From a virus (lineage: Duplodnaviria; Caudoviricetes), in IMG/VR virus record IMGVR_UViG_3300028591_000082: a stretch of DNA of 64,000 bases; one strand, written 5' to 3'. How positions within the stretch are numbered: the first letter of the stretch is position 1; every line of letters begins with the position of its first letter. Below are positions 1 to 8,412 of this stretch, piece by piece. The notes under the pieces were generated by a model that searched no databases, was not told the DNA's origin, and saw nothing but the letters and a program-made list of their open reading frames with translations. The position numbers and the translations under genes are program-made.

Positions 1-78
1 TTTGCTTCAGAAGCTCTGGATGAAGCTGTTGCAACTCCTTCTCTAACTCCTTCAGTATCAACTGCATCTGATTTAGCA

Positions 79-975
79 TTAGTAATTTATTACTGGACTA
101 TTTCTCAATGTAATTCCATACTCAACTCTGTTTACTTGTTTATTAGTATTTATTAAATTTTCTACTATCTTCATGCTTTTATCAAAGTTGTTTAATAGTT
201 CTTCATCTATTTCTTCAACTTCTTCTACTTGCATATTCCCTCTTCCATTTCTTATTTGTGAAAGTTGTGTCATTTGCGCAAGTTGCTGTTCTGCTTGTTT
301 TCTCTGCTGCATTTTAATTTTTCTTTTTTTAAGAACTCTTAAAATAAGTTTAAGTGCCAAAATTCCACCAATAGTTCCAAATACAACATTAAAATGTGCT
401 GGATTAAGAACCCAAGCCATTCCTTTTGATAATATAGCCTTCATTGAAGCTAATGCATTTGTAGGATCTGTTGCAGCTGCTTTTGCCGCTTCAGCACTTT
501 TTGCTGCAAATTTAGAACTTACATTGCCACTTTGATAATTACCAAATGTTTTACTTAATTTAGTCCAAATTCCACCAGGATTTTTTTCCTGAGCAAGTGT
601 TGTAAGCCATTTTTCTTTATAATTATCTGGTATTGTTCTAAATACATCCGAAGTTCTAAGAGCATTTATTTCTTTAGCAAGTTCTACTTTCGATTTACCA
701 CTAAGAAACCCACCTATTTTATTAACCAAATTGCTTTCTTTAAGAACTTCTTGTAGCTCACCATTATCAATTCTTTCTTTTATTTCTTCGGTAATTATAC
801 CGCTTTCTTCAATAAGATCTGGATCAAATACTTTAATAGCTAAATCATCAACAAGTGTAAAATCTATTTTGTTACCTTCAAAAACTTCATATACACCTTC
901 ATACAAATACTTTGTACTATCTCCAAATGTTACTCTATCTAATGCATATGTTGCAAGAAAATCAGCAAATCTCAT
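79..975 (-). CDS. hypothetical protein with one hydrophobic segment; possible virion internal protein
   Basis: 298 aa ORF; N-terminus MRFADFL...YLYEG resembles a capsid-targeting leader; hydrophobic VVFGTIGGILALKLIL followed by a basic stretch; AAGTTAA at 993-999 (-); ends INY. Confidence 0.6.
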   Translation of the reverse strand: MRFADFLATYALDRVTFGDSTKYLYEGVYEVFEGNKIDFTLVDDLAIKVFDPDLIEESGIITEEIKERIDNGELQEVLKESNLVNKIGGFLSGKSKVELAKEINALRTSDVFRTIPDNYKEKWLTTLAQEKNPGGIWTKLSKTFGNYQSGNVSSKFAAKSAEAAKAAATDPTNALASMKAILSKGMAWVLNPAHFNVVFGTIGGILALKLILRVLKKRKIKMQQRKQAEQQLAQMTQLSQIRNGRGNMQVEEVEEIDEELLNNFDKSMKIVENLINTNKQVNRVEYGITLRNSPVINY

Positions 976-984
976 TATATTCCT

Positions 985-1461
985 CTACGAATTTAACTTA
1001 TTTTCTGCACGGAGATTTGCTAAATTTATACCTACTTCACTGCCAGATGAAGCTTGAATATATACATTTCCACTATTATCCATTTGTTGTTTTGCTTTAA
1101 GTGCTTCAAGTTTTGCTTTTGCATTTACAAGATTTGTTATTGCTGTAATATTTTCATTTTTTAATCTTAAACTTTCAACAAGAGCAACTTTTGAAGCATC
1201 TGTTCTATCTCTTCCAGTAGCTAATGGGCTATAAAATAAATGATAAATATCATCAGCTTGATCATTAACATTTTCGACATATTTTAAAGCTCTTGTTATA
1301 AGATTATCAACTGAATATTGTTCTTCTTGAGATGGTTGTTCTTGTTTTACTTCTGCAACTTCATTCTTTTTTACAGCTTCAATTTCGTTTTCTATAATTT
1401 TTATTGCATTATCTATTTCATCAGCATCAAAAATATCTGCTGGATCTATAGCGTCAGACAT
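985..1461 (-). CDS. hypothetical coiled-coil protein (weak resemblance to a terminase small subunit)
   Basis: ATG at 1461 preceded by GGAGG; acidic N-terminus, helical core, C-terminal GNVYIQASS; function is a guess. Confidence 0.5.
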   Translation of the reverse strand: MSDAIDPADIFDADEIDNAIKIIENEIEAVKKNEVAEVKQEQPSQEEQYSVDNLITRALKYVENVNDQADDIYHLFYSPLATGRDRTDASKVALVESLRLKNENITAITNLVNAKAKLEALKAKQQMDNSGNVYIQASSGSEVGINLANLRAENKLNS

Positions 1462-1675
1462 CGTAGTATCCTCCACCACTCATTATTTTAGCAAGTTTAT
1501 TAAAATAATCATCAACAGTCTCATTATCATACATAGATTTTGAAGTTATTTTACCAACATTATTCCAGAAAGCTCTTTGAATTGGACCACCAGAGCTAAC
1601 ATCGTGTAAGAGTTTTTCTTCAATATTTTCTATATAACTACAAGTAAGATTGTCTTTTAAATTACTCTTTGGCAT
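1454..1675 (-). CDS. hypothetical protein
   Basis: 73 aa ORF in a contiguous minus-strand run; AAGATAA 4 nt before ATG. Confidence 0.6.
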   Translation of the reverse strand: MPKSNLKDNLTCSYIENIEEKLLHDVSSGGPIQRAFWNNVGKITSKSMYDNETVDDYFNKLAKIMSGGGYYDV

Positions 1676-1679
1676 ATAA

Positions 1680-2456
1680 TTATCTTCTTGTAGGAATTAA
1701 CTGCTGAAACTCAGAACGATATTCTGATATTTCTTCTATAAATTTTTTATAATCTGTTGTTTTATATCCATATGCCCTAAAGGCACAGAATAAATCATTT
1801 TTTCCAACTATATTTTTATTTTTTACAAGATATTCCATAAGAATAGAAGTAAGTTCTATATACTTTTTTCTTTTTTCTCTTATATAATGTTCATCTATTA
1901 TTTTAAGAAATGTAGATTCAAGATCTTCAAAAAATAAATTATAATTTGTTTCTTGCTTCTGTTCTACATCTGGACATATATCAATATCTGCCGTAAGTCT
2001 ATGTTTTTTCATTTTTAATGTGTAATTAAGTAAATCCATTTTACACAAAATTGAAAAAAGATTAAATGCGGTTCCTCTTCCAGGAACATATTTTGGTAAA
2101 TATTTCCAGCAAGCAGAAAGTCCTTCTGCTTCCAAGTCTTCTACAGAATCAAATCTCCAATACATATATTTATTTATAATTGCTCTAACTATAAGTAATA
2201 ATGATTGAAGTATTTCTTCTTCTGCCTCAACATCTCTTGAAATTATTTTTCCATCTTTATCATATTTTAATGAAGGTTGATAAACATCAACTATTAAATG
2301 TTTTATTCTTTCTTCATCAAAGTAAATATTCTGTTTTTTATTTTTAAAATTAAAATTATTATGATTTTTATTTTCTAGTTCTTCTAGTTCTTCTAATTCT
2401 TTCTTATCGTCAGAATTAAGCATGTATTCGTATATTTCTTCTTCTTTTTCATCCAT
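1680..2456 (-). CDS. phage late sigma factor (T4 gp55-like, sigma70 region 2)
   Basis: DLEAEGLSACWKYLPKYVPGRGTAFNLFSILCK matches the sigma region 2.2-2.4 pattern; no clear region 4. Confidence 0.7.
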   Translation of the reverse strand: MDEKEEEIYEYMLNSDDKKELEELEELENKNHNNFNFKNKKQNIYFDEERIKHLIVDVYQPSLKYDKDGKIISRDVEAEEEILQSLLLIVRAIINKYMYWRFDSVEDLEAEGLSACWKYLPKYVPGRGTAFNLFSILCKMDLLNYTLKMKKHRLTADIDICPDVEQKQETNYNLFFEDLESTFLKIIDEHYIREKRKKYIELTSILMEYLVKNKNIVGKNDLFCAFRAYGYKTTDYKKFIEEISEYRSEFQQLIPTRR

Positions 2457-2471
2457 AAAGAATATTTAACA

Positions 2472-2753
2472 TCATGCTTTTATTTTGTCAAGTATTTTGT
2501 AGTCATCTATATTAAGGGATTTTGTTTTCCATATTTCTTCAAGCCAATTATGAAATTCTTTTCTTGCTAATTGTTTTTGTATTGAGGTAATTCTGTTTGA
2601 ACTATGAGGGAAAAAGAAGCATTTTGCTCTTTTTATTTCATCTTCATTATTATAAAAGACAAGCTGCCACATATCATTGGTAGTTGAATATAATATTACA
2701 GTACCAATGGAAGTTTTTTTAGATTTAGCTATTTTAACTCCATTTAAACACAT
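2472..2753 (-). CDS. hypothetical protein
   Basis: 93 aa ORF; AAGCTAA at 2760-2766 (-). Confidence 0.55.
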   Translation of the reverse strand: MCLNGVKIAKSKKTSIGTVILYSTTNDMWQLVFYNNEDEIKRAKCFFFPHSSNRITSIQKQLARKEFHNWLEEIWKTKSLNIDDYKILDKIKA

Positions 2754-2772
2754 TCAAAATTAGCTTATATGT

Positions 2773-3543
2773 TTATTCTTTTTTGCTAATAAGACCGTTT
2801 CTGTAATCAACTATTCTTTCATTAACCTTCATTAGATTAAATGGAGCATTAATTATTTCACCATCTATAATCATAACATTTGAAACAATGTCTGAATTTG
2901 CTACTTTTTTAATTCTTACTCCAACATTATCATCTTTCCCAAACCCATATTGGATATCTACAAATATAGAACTCTTTTTGTCTACCATTTGACTTATTTG
3001 AGTTGCTTGCGGTGAGAATATTGTATTAATTACTTCAGAAGTAAATTCATCAAATACAGATACACCTTCAACTTGTTCTTTAGTTAAATATTCTATAATA
3101 TCTTGGAATGTCTGTATTTCATCAACTTTTTCTTTTTTAAGTTCTACTTGTCCTTCTATCTTTCTAACTATGTTATTATCATCTTTAATATCCATAGTCT
3201 TATTTTCAGTTTCACTTTCTTCTTCTGTTTGAACTGAAGCAAGCATTGAAATATCTTTGTCACTCATTGTAATACCAGAATTCTGAGATTGTTCTGGCTG
3301 CTGAGACTGTTGTGCTTGATCCTGCTGCTGAGTTTGATCAGGCTGGTTATTCTGCTGATCTTGCTGTTGATTTTGAGCAGGCTGCTGTTGCTGTTGTTGA
3401 GTATTATCTTGTTCTTTATTTTCTGTTTGAGGTTTTATAAGATTTATATTTAATTTATAAAAAATACTTATAATTTTCTTTGAAACTTTATTTTCTTCGT
3501 TTATAACTTCAAACTCTTTATTGATAATATCTCTTAATGTCAT
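2773..3543 (-). CDS. hypothetical protein with Gln-rich linker; possible virion internal protein
   Basis: 256 aa; N-terminus MTLRDIINKEFEVINEE; Q-rich low-complexity region. Confidence 0.65.
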   Translation of the reverse strand: MTLRDIINKEFEVINEENKVSKKIISIFYKLNINLIKPQTENKEQDNTQQQQQQPAQNQQQDQQNNQPDQTQQQDQAQQSQQPEQSQNSGITMSDKDISMLASVQTEEESETENKTMDIKDDNNIVRKIEGQVELKKEKVDEIQTFQDIIEYLTKEQVEGVSVFDEFTSEVINTIFSPQATQISQMVDKKSSIFVDIQYGFGKDDNVGVRIKKVANSDIVSNVMIIDGEIINAPFNLMKVNERIVDYRNGLISKKE

Positions 3544-3725
3544 TCTTTGTTTTTCCTATCTTTTTCTATATTTAGAAGTTCTTCACAAACATCAGTTAGT
3601 TTATTAACAAAATAAGTAAAATCTCTTATATCAAATTCATAATCTTCATCAATAACAACTGAAAGTTTTTCTTCATCAATATCAAGATGAATTTTTCTTC
3701 CGCCTATATCTATAACTTTCTGCAT
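3540..3725 (-). CDS. hypothetical protein
   Basis: 61 aa ORF tightly packed between neighbours (ATGA overlap with the next gene). Confidence 0.6.
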   Translation of the reverse strand: MQKVIDIGGRKIHLDIDEEKLSVVIDEDYEFDIRDFTYFVNKLTDVCEELLNIEKDRKNKE

Positions 3726-3726
3726 T

Positions 3727-5064
3727 TTATATCTCCATTGTTTCTATAAAATTATCTAATTCTTTTGGATCATCTGCCCAAAGTTTCATTATATCTTCGC
3801 TAGACATTTTTTTTGTCTTATCTATAGCATCTTCTTGAATTTTTTGATGATATTTTTCTTGTTCTTTTATTTTGTCTGAAAGAGATTTATCAAAAAGATT
3901 TCCAAAAACTGGATCTTCTTCTTGTTCTTTATCATCTTCCATCATTGATAAACCATTTTTTACTTCTAAATCTTTATTTTCAAATGATTCATTTGTCCAT
4001 ATATCTTGTTCTTTTGAGCATCCATCAAGATTACACATTGATAATACATAACCAACATCTATTTTTTCTGGATCATATAAACCATTTTCCATAAGAACAG
4101 CAAAAATTCTATTAAATTTTTCTACATAATATGGTTCACCAAGAATTAAATCATATCCAAATATTTTACTATAAATTCTTTTTGCAGCTGGTAAATATTT
4201 GTTTCCAGTAAGGTCTTCAAATAATTGTTTCATTTCATCTTCTGTAAGCCCATTATCGTCAGTTAAATCTTTTTCAACTTCTTCTTTAGGCATTAAATTT
4301 TTACTCTGTTCTGCCCATTTGTCAAGTAATTCTTTATCATTAAGAGGAGCCTCTTCTTTTTCTGGAGTTATTTTAAATTCATCTTTATTTTCGTTACACC
4401 AATTTCTAAGGTCATTCATTCTAAATTTTGTTTTTAAGAATAATGATAATCTTGGTGTTATTTTTGAAAGCAAATTATTTGCTGTACAATATTCAAATAC
4501 GTATTTGAAATATCTCTTTTCTATCGGAGAAAGTTTGTTATATTCATCTCTTTCTTGTTTAGAAAGCTCATATTTTGTTCCGTAAAAATTATACCAATCT
4601 TTTTTATACTTAATTAATGAAGATTCCATTATTGTATTAAAATCTTCATCTTCTAATTCTATATTATTTTCTTTAATTTCTTTTTTAATTGTTTCTACTT
4701 TTTTGTCTTCAATTTTATTTGAAATCTCTTGGAGTTTTTGTTCAAGTTTTGAAAGGTCATACATAATACCATCATTAAATTTTTGACCAAGAGAGTTTGT
4801 AATTGTTACTGTTTTATATTCAAGTAAACCTTTTTCTTTAAGGGATTTTCTTCTACGTTGAAGTGTTTTAGATGAGACAGCACGAGATATGTCACAATCA
4901 TGTAATCTCCAATTTGATGTGTTTTTCATAATCTTAGTTATGAAGACTAATTCATCATCTGTAATTCCCAACTCTTCTTGGTAATCAATCAAGAGGTTAG
5001 AAACCATTATAAATCCATTTCTTTGGAGATAATTCGAGTTTGGTGCTGATTTTATATTAGACAT
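3727..5064 (-). CDS. replication initiator / DnaD-like winged-helix protein
   Basis: GFIMVSNLLIDYQEELGITDDELVFITKIM...SSKTLQRRRKSLKEKGLL...YDLSKL is the DnaD-N/replisome-organiser wHTH pattern; AGGAG RBS. Confidence 0.75.
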   Translation of the reverse strand: MSNIKSAPNSNYLQRNGFIMVSNLLIDYQEELGITDDELVFITKIMKNTSNWRLHDCDISRAVSSKTLQRRRKSLKEKGLLEYKTVTITNSLGQKFNDGIMYDLSKLEQKLQEISNKIEDKKVETIKKEIKENNIELEDEDFNTIMESSLIKYKKDWYNFYGTKYELSKQERDEYNKLSPIEKRYFKYVFEYCTANNLLSKITPRLSLFLKTKFRMNDLRNWCNENKDEFKITPEKEEAPLNDKELLDKWAEQSKNLMPKEEVEKDLTDDNGLTEDEMKQLFEDLTGNKYLPAAKRIYSKIFGYDLILGEPYYVEKFNRIFAVLMENGLYDPEKIDVGYVLSMCNLDGCSKEQDIWTNESFENKDLEVKNGLSMMEDDKEQEEDPVFGNLFDKSLSDKIKEQEKYHQKIQEDAIDKTKKMSSEDIMKLWADDPKELDNFIETMEI

Positions 5065-5143
5065 AAGTTATACTCCTGGCTAGAAACTAGAAGGGGTCCC
5101 CGATCCTAGCCAGTTTCTAACTATCTCTTGCGAGACAAATTTA

Positions 5144-5172
5144 ACTTTAATACAAAGTTTTGATTTTGTCAA
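5144..5172 (-). promoter_or_regulatory. sigma70-type promoter for the initiator gene
   Basis: TTGACA (5172-5167), 17 bp spacer, TAAAGT (5149-5144). Confidence 0.6.
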
Positions 5173-5181
5173 GTTAAAAAT

Positions 5182-5577
5182 ATGAAGTTTGATGAAGCTG
5201 TTACACTTGCCGAGGGCAATTTATTAAACGAAGAAATTCTCAATGAAATTTTATATAATAAATATGTAAATACACTACTCACAAAAAATGAGTATGAAAT
5301 TAAAAACCAAAACAGAAGAATTATAGAGGCAGAAGGAAAACCAAATAAAATGCGTTCTTTCCCTCATGGTGAAATTACTGCAAATAAGAATGTAACAATG
5401 CCTGACTGTGGTGGTTTTGATGCTTTTGCAAAGGGTGTTATGGACTATCTTCAAAAAACAAGAACAGAAGAAGATATTAAGAAATTGATTCCTTATATCA
5501 ATATTGCATTGCAAGATTTAAAGAAAAGAATTTCCGAAGTAAAACCTATAGAAGACGAAAAAACTATTAAAAAATAA
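5182..5577 (+). CDS. hypothetical protein, probable head internal protein
   Basis: 131 aa; MKFDEAVTLAEG...LLNEE leader; AAGTTAA at 5171-5177. Confidence 0.6.
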   Translation: MKFDEAVTLAEGNLLNEEILNEILYNKYVNTLLTKNEYEIKNQNRRIIEAEGKPNKMRSFPHGEITANKNVTMPDCGGFDAFAKGVMDYLQKTRTEEDIKKLIPYINIALQDLKKRISEVKPIEDEKTIKK

Positions 5578-6127
5578 CTTCTCTTTTAATTCCAATTTTC
5601 TTTAATTGTTTAAGAAAATCCTCTTTGTTTATATCTGATGATGCTGATATAATAGCATCTTTTTGAGCCTGCCATTTTAATATAAATTTAGCCTCTTTTA
5701 TAGAGAAAATATCAATTGTAGCATCATTATATTTTGCATAATCTTTTAAAATATTTAAAAGTTCTTTTTGAGAAATTGCATAAAATACTTTTGTTTTTTT
5801 GAGGTTATTATCTGCTCCATAAAAATAATATTTTGCTGTTCCGTTTATGATTTCATTTGAAACAGATGATTGTAAAGTTCTTTTTATAAAATTTACATAA
5901 AAATTTTCTGGAATTTGTTTATAAACTCCATAAGTTTCCAGTCCATTAGTATCATCAAAGTAATAAATTACTTTAACGTCTCCATCATCTTCTTTTTCTT
6001 TGAAATATTTATATATTTCATTGAATGGTATTAATTCACCACAAAACCCAGATTCAATATATACTGGATCTTCTTTTATGATAGAGAATGTTCCGTTCAA
6101 ATTTTTTTGAAGAAAAATTTTTTTCAT
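5567..6127 (-). CDS. hypothetical protein (early/middle)
   Basis: 186 aa ORF behind a consensus sigma70 promoter. Confidence 0.65.
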   Translation of the reverse strand: MKKIFLQKNLNGTFSIIKEDPVYIESGFCGELIPFNEIYKYFKEKEDDGDVKVIYYFDDTNGLETYGVYKQIPENFYVNFIKRTLQSSVSNEIINGTAKYYFYGADNNLKKTKVFYAISQKELLNILKDYAKYNDATIDIFSIKEAKFILKWQAQKDAIISASSDINKEDFLKQLKKIGIKREVIF

Positions 6128-6148
6128 AGCACTTCCTTTTTTAATTAT

Positions 6149-6177
6149 ATTATAACATTAACTAGGATTTTTGTCAA
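6149..6177 (-). promoter_or_regulatory. consensus sigma70 promoter with extended -10
   Basis: TTGACA-17 bp-TATAAT with TG upstream of the -10. Confidence 0.85.
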
Positions 6178-6307
6178 GTTTTTCTCTTTTTCTTATTTGA
6201 AGGATTTTTTTCTTTCTTTTATTGATTTGCTTTTTTAAAAGTTCAATTTCTGAACTAAGTTGCTCTATTTCTTCATTGGGTTTTTTATGTTTCTTTTTAT
6301 CACTCAT
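6158..6307 (-). CDS. small basic protein (49 aa), not in the ORF track
   Basis: MSDKKKHKKPNEEIEQLSSEIELLKKQINKKKEKNPSNKKKRKLDKNPS; AAGTTAA at 6327-6333 (-). Confidence 0.5.
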   Translation of the reverse strand: MSDKKKHKKPNEEIEQLSSEIELLKKQINKRKKKILQIRKREKLDKNPS

Positions 6308-6341
6308 CTCAGAACCAACTTCAATATTAACTTCTCAAAAT

Positions 6342-6562
6342 AGCGCCGAAGGCGCTGCGAGGCAAAGCCTCGCAAAAAATATTTTATAACATTTAAACAA
6401 TTACGCAATAGTAAAAAACCTTTTTGGTTTTTACTCTAGCTAATATGTTATATTAGTATGTTTAGCGGCGGTCATCCGTGTCCACTCAGAGGACAAATTT
6501 GTCCACTCGGAGCATATTTTTGTATTTTTTTGTCCATTGAAAGGACAGAATTGTCCACTCGG
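6342..6562. other. putative replication origin (iterons and hairpins)
   Basis: four TGTCCA(C/T)T units, two GGACA-N4-TGTCC palindromes and two GC-rich triloop hairpins near the coding-strand switch, about 1.3-1.5 kb from the initiator gene. Confidence 0.6.
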
Positions 6563-6615
6563 TTAAAAATCAATATATAGATAAAAAAGTTAACCTTATA
6601 ATCAAGGAGATTTTT

Positions 6616-7266
6616 ATGACATTTTCTCAAGCATTGACATTAGCAGAAGAAACAAAACCCCTCAAAAATGGTAAAAAGGGATGTGTTTTGATGGACATAG
6701 ATGACTGTCTTTTAAAGGCAGATGGAACTCAGATTTCTATTATTAAAAGAAAACCAGGTGAACCAGAAAGAAGACTTACTTCAGAAGAATATGCAAAGGA
6801 TCCAGATGCTGGAAAGCCAGAAAATAAAAAATGGTTCTCTTATGAAGAATTCCGTGATCCAGTGAAGGTATTTAATTCAATTGTAAATGGTACACCACAG
6901 CTTAAACAGCTTAGACTTTTAGACCAGCACGTTCGTGCTCAGTGGGATATTGCATTCCTTACAGCTCGTGGATTGCAGGATGTTGTAGATAAGGCACTTA
7001 GAGAATTCCTTAAATTTAGAGATAAAGATGGAAAACTTCAGCCAATTGGCGATAATCTCAAATCTGGAATTTCTGCAGCAGTAAATGATGAAGCAAGAGT
7101 ATATCCTGGAGCTACAGACCCAGAAAAGAAAGCAAATGTTATTAAAAAGATTTGTGCAAAATATGATTATGTTAAGTTCGTAGATGATGATCTTAAAAAT
7201 GTTCAATTTGCAAAGAGTCTTGGGCTTAAAAATTTGCAGGTAATTCACGCAAAACCAAATAACTAA
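6616..7266 (+). CDS. HAD-superfamily phosphatase
   Basis: motif I LMDIDDCL, motif II FLTARG, motif III K, motif IV FVDDDLKN; leader MTFSQALTLAEE. Confidence 0.8.
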   Translation: MTFSQALTLAEETKPLKNGKKGCVLMDIDDCLLKADGTQISIIKRKPGEPERRLTSEEYAKDPDAGKPENKKWFSYEEFRDPVKVFNSIVNGTPQLKQLRLLDQHVRAQWDIAFLTARGLQDVVDKALREFLKFRDKDGKLQPIGDNLKSGISAAVNDEARVYPGATDPEKKANVIKKICAKYDYVKFVDDDLKNVQFAKSLGLKNLQVIHAKPNN

Positions 7267-7276
7267 GGAATAAAAA

Positions 7277-8122
7277 ATGACATTTGAAGAGGCTTTAAAT
7301 ATTAATGAAGAAGCTGAAATAATTATTGAGGAAATTGGTGATGATTATGTTCATAATACCAATGGAAAAGGTTTCTTCAGTATATTAAAAACTGGAAAAC
7401 TCGATGGTAAAGTTCAAAAAGATAAAGTTACTCCTTATCCAAAAGATAAGGAGCTTTGTATGTCACGTTCTGATATGAAACCACAGCATACTGGATATTC
7501 TCCATCTCAGTATCTTAAGTTTGGAACAATGATAAAAATCTCTTTAAAAATGGATAATATCAGAAATGACTTGAGACTTAAAAAACCATATCCAGTTTCT
7601 TATGGTTATTTCAATAAGATGAGAAGCCTTAAATATGAATTAAACAAATATAAAGAAAAAATTAAGACTTCAGAAGGAAAGAAAATTTATAGAGATTTAA
7701 ATAAAATTCTTCTTGATAATAGTTACAGACACGAAGGTATGAAAAAAGCTCCTTCTGAAAATGAAATTAAACAGATAGTTTTAAAACTTGGAGAAATTGA
7801 AAATATAAAAACCGAAATGAATGATGCACTTGAAGCATTTTACAGTATGCAAGAAGGTGGAGAAGAGAGATTAAGAGTACAGTCAGGAATACCTGTTAGA
7901 AGCAAATATATGACAATTAGTATTCCTAATGTAATTTGGGAAAATGATGGGAAAACAATTCAAAAAGCAATAGATGACTTCCAGAAAAAATTCGGGTTAT
8001 CAGATCAAGAAATAAAAGAATTGTTTAAGAGATATAATGATACATCAAGAACTGCTTACAGAATTAAGAACAATCTTCCAAAAGTAAGTAATTTAGATAG
8101 ATTAAGAAAGTTTAGTTATTAA
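7277..8122 (+). CDS. putative ADP-ribosyltransferase-fold protein
   Basis: YVHNT...FSILKTGKL, LCMSRS and EGGEERL follow the H-x-T / aromatic-S / E-x-E ART pattern; leader MTFEEALNINEE. Confidence 0.5.
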   Translation: MTFEEALNINEEAEIIIEEIGDDYVHNTNGKGFFSILKTGKLDGKVQKDKVTPYPKDKELCMSRSDMKPQHTGYSPSQYLKFGTMIKISLKMDNIRNDLRLKKPYPVSYGYFNKMRSLKYELNKYKEKIKTSEGKKIYRDLNKILLDNSYRHEGMKKAPSENEIKQIVLKLGEIENIKTEMNDALEAFYSMQEGGEERLRVQSGIPVRSKYMTISIPNVIWENDGKTIQKAIDDFQKKFGLSDQEIKELFKRYNDTSRTAYRIKNNLPKVSNLDRLRKFSY

Positions 8123-8167
8123 TGTATTTTTATTGATTTTTTATTAAAAAAATAATATGAAAAATAT

Positions 8168-8398
8168 ATGCAAACATTTTATATAACATTTAAAGAAAAA
8201 CAGAAATTTTCAAAAAAAGAATTAAAAAAAATTTCAAATAATTTTGAAATAGATACAGAATGTAGTATTATAGATTTTAATAATAATGGATTATCAGCTA
8301 ATTTAAAATATGAACATGATCAAAATAGGATAGAAGATGTTGTTAAATTTTTTTTAAAACAAAACAAAATTGAAATAAATGATTTTATATTTGTTTAA
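8168..8398 (+). CDS. hypothetical protein
   Basis: 76 aa, extremely AT-rich. Confidence 0.5.
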   Translation: MQTFYITFKEKQKFSKKELKKISNNFEIDTECSIIDFNNNGLSANLKYEHDQNRIEDVVKFFLKQNKIEINDFIFV

Positions 8399-8412
8399 AA
8401 AAGATAAAATAT

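Noticed and set aside
1..79. ORF at the left edge (minus-strand ATG at 79, or alternative frames)
   Set aside because: Several frames are open and the one with the most natural codon usage has no start; cannot be resolved from 79 nt
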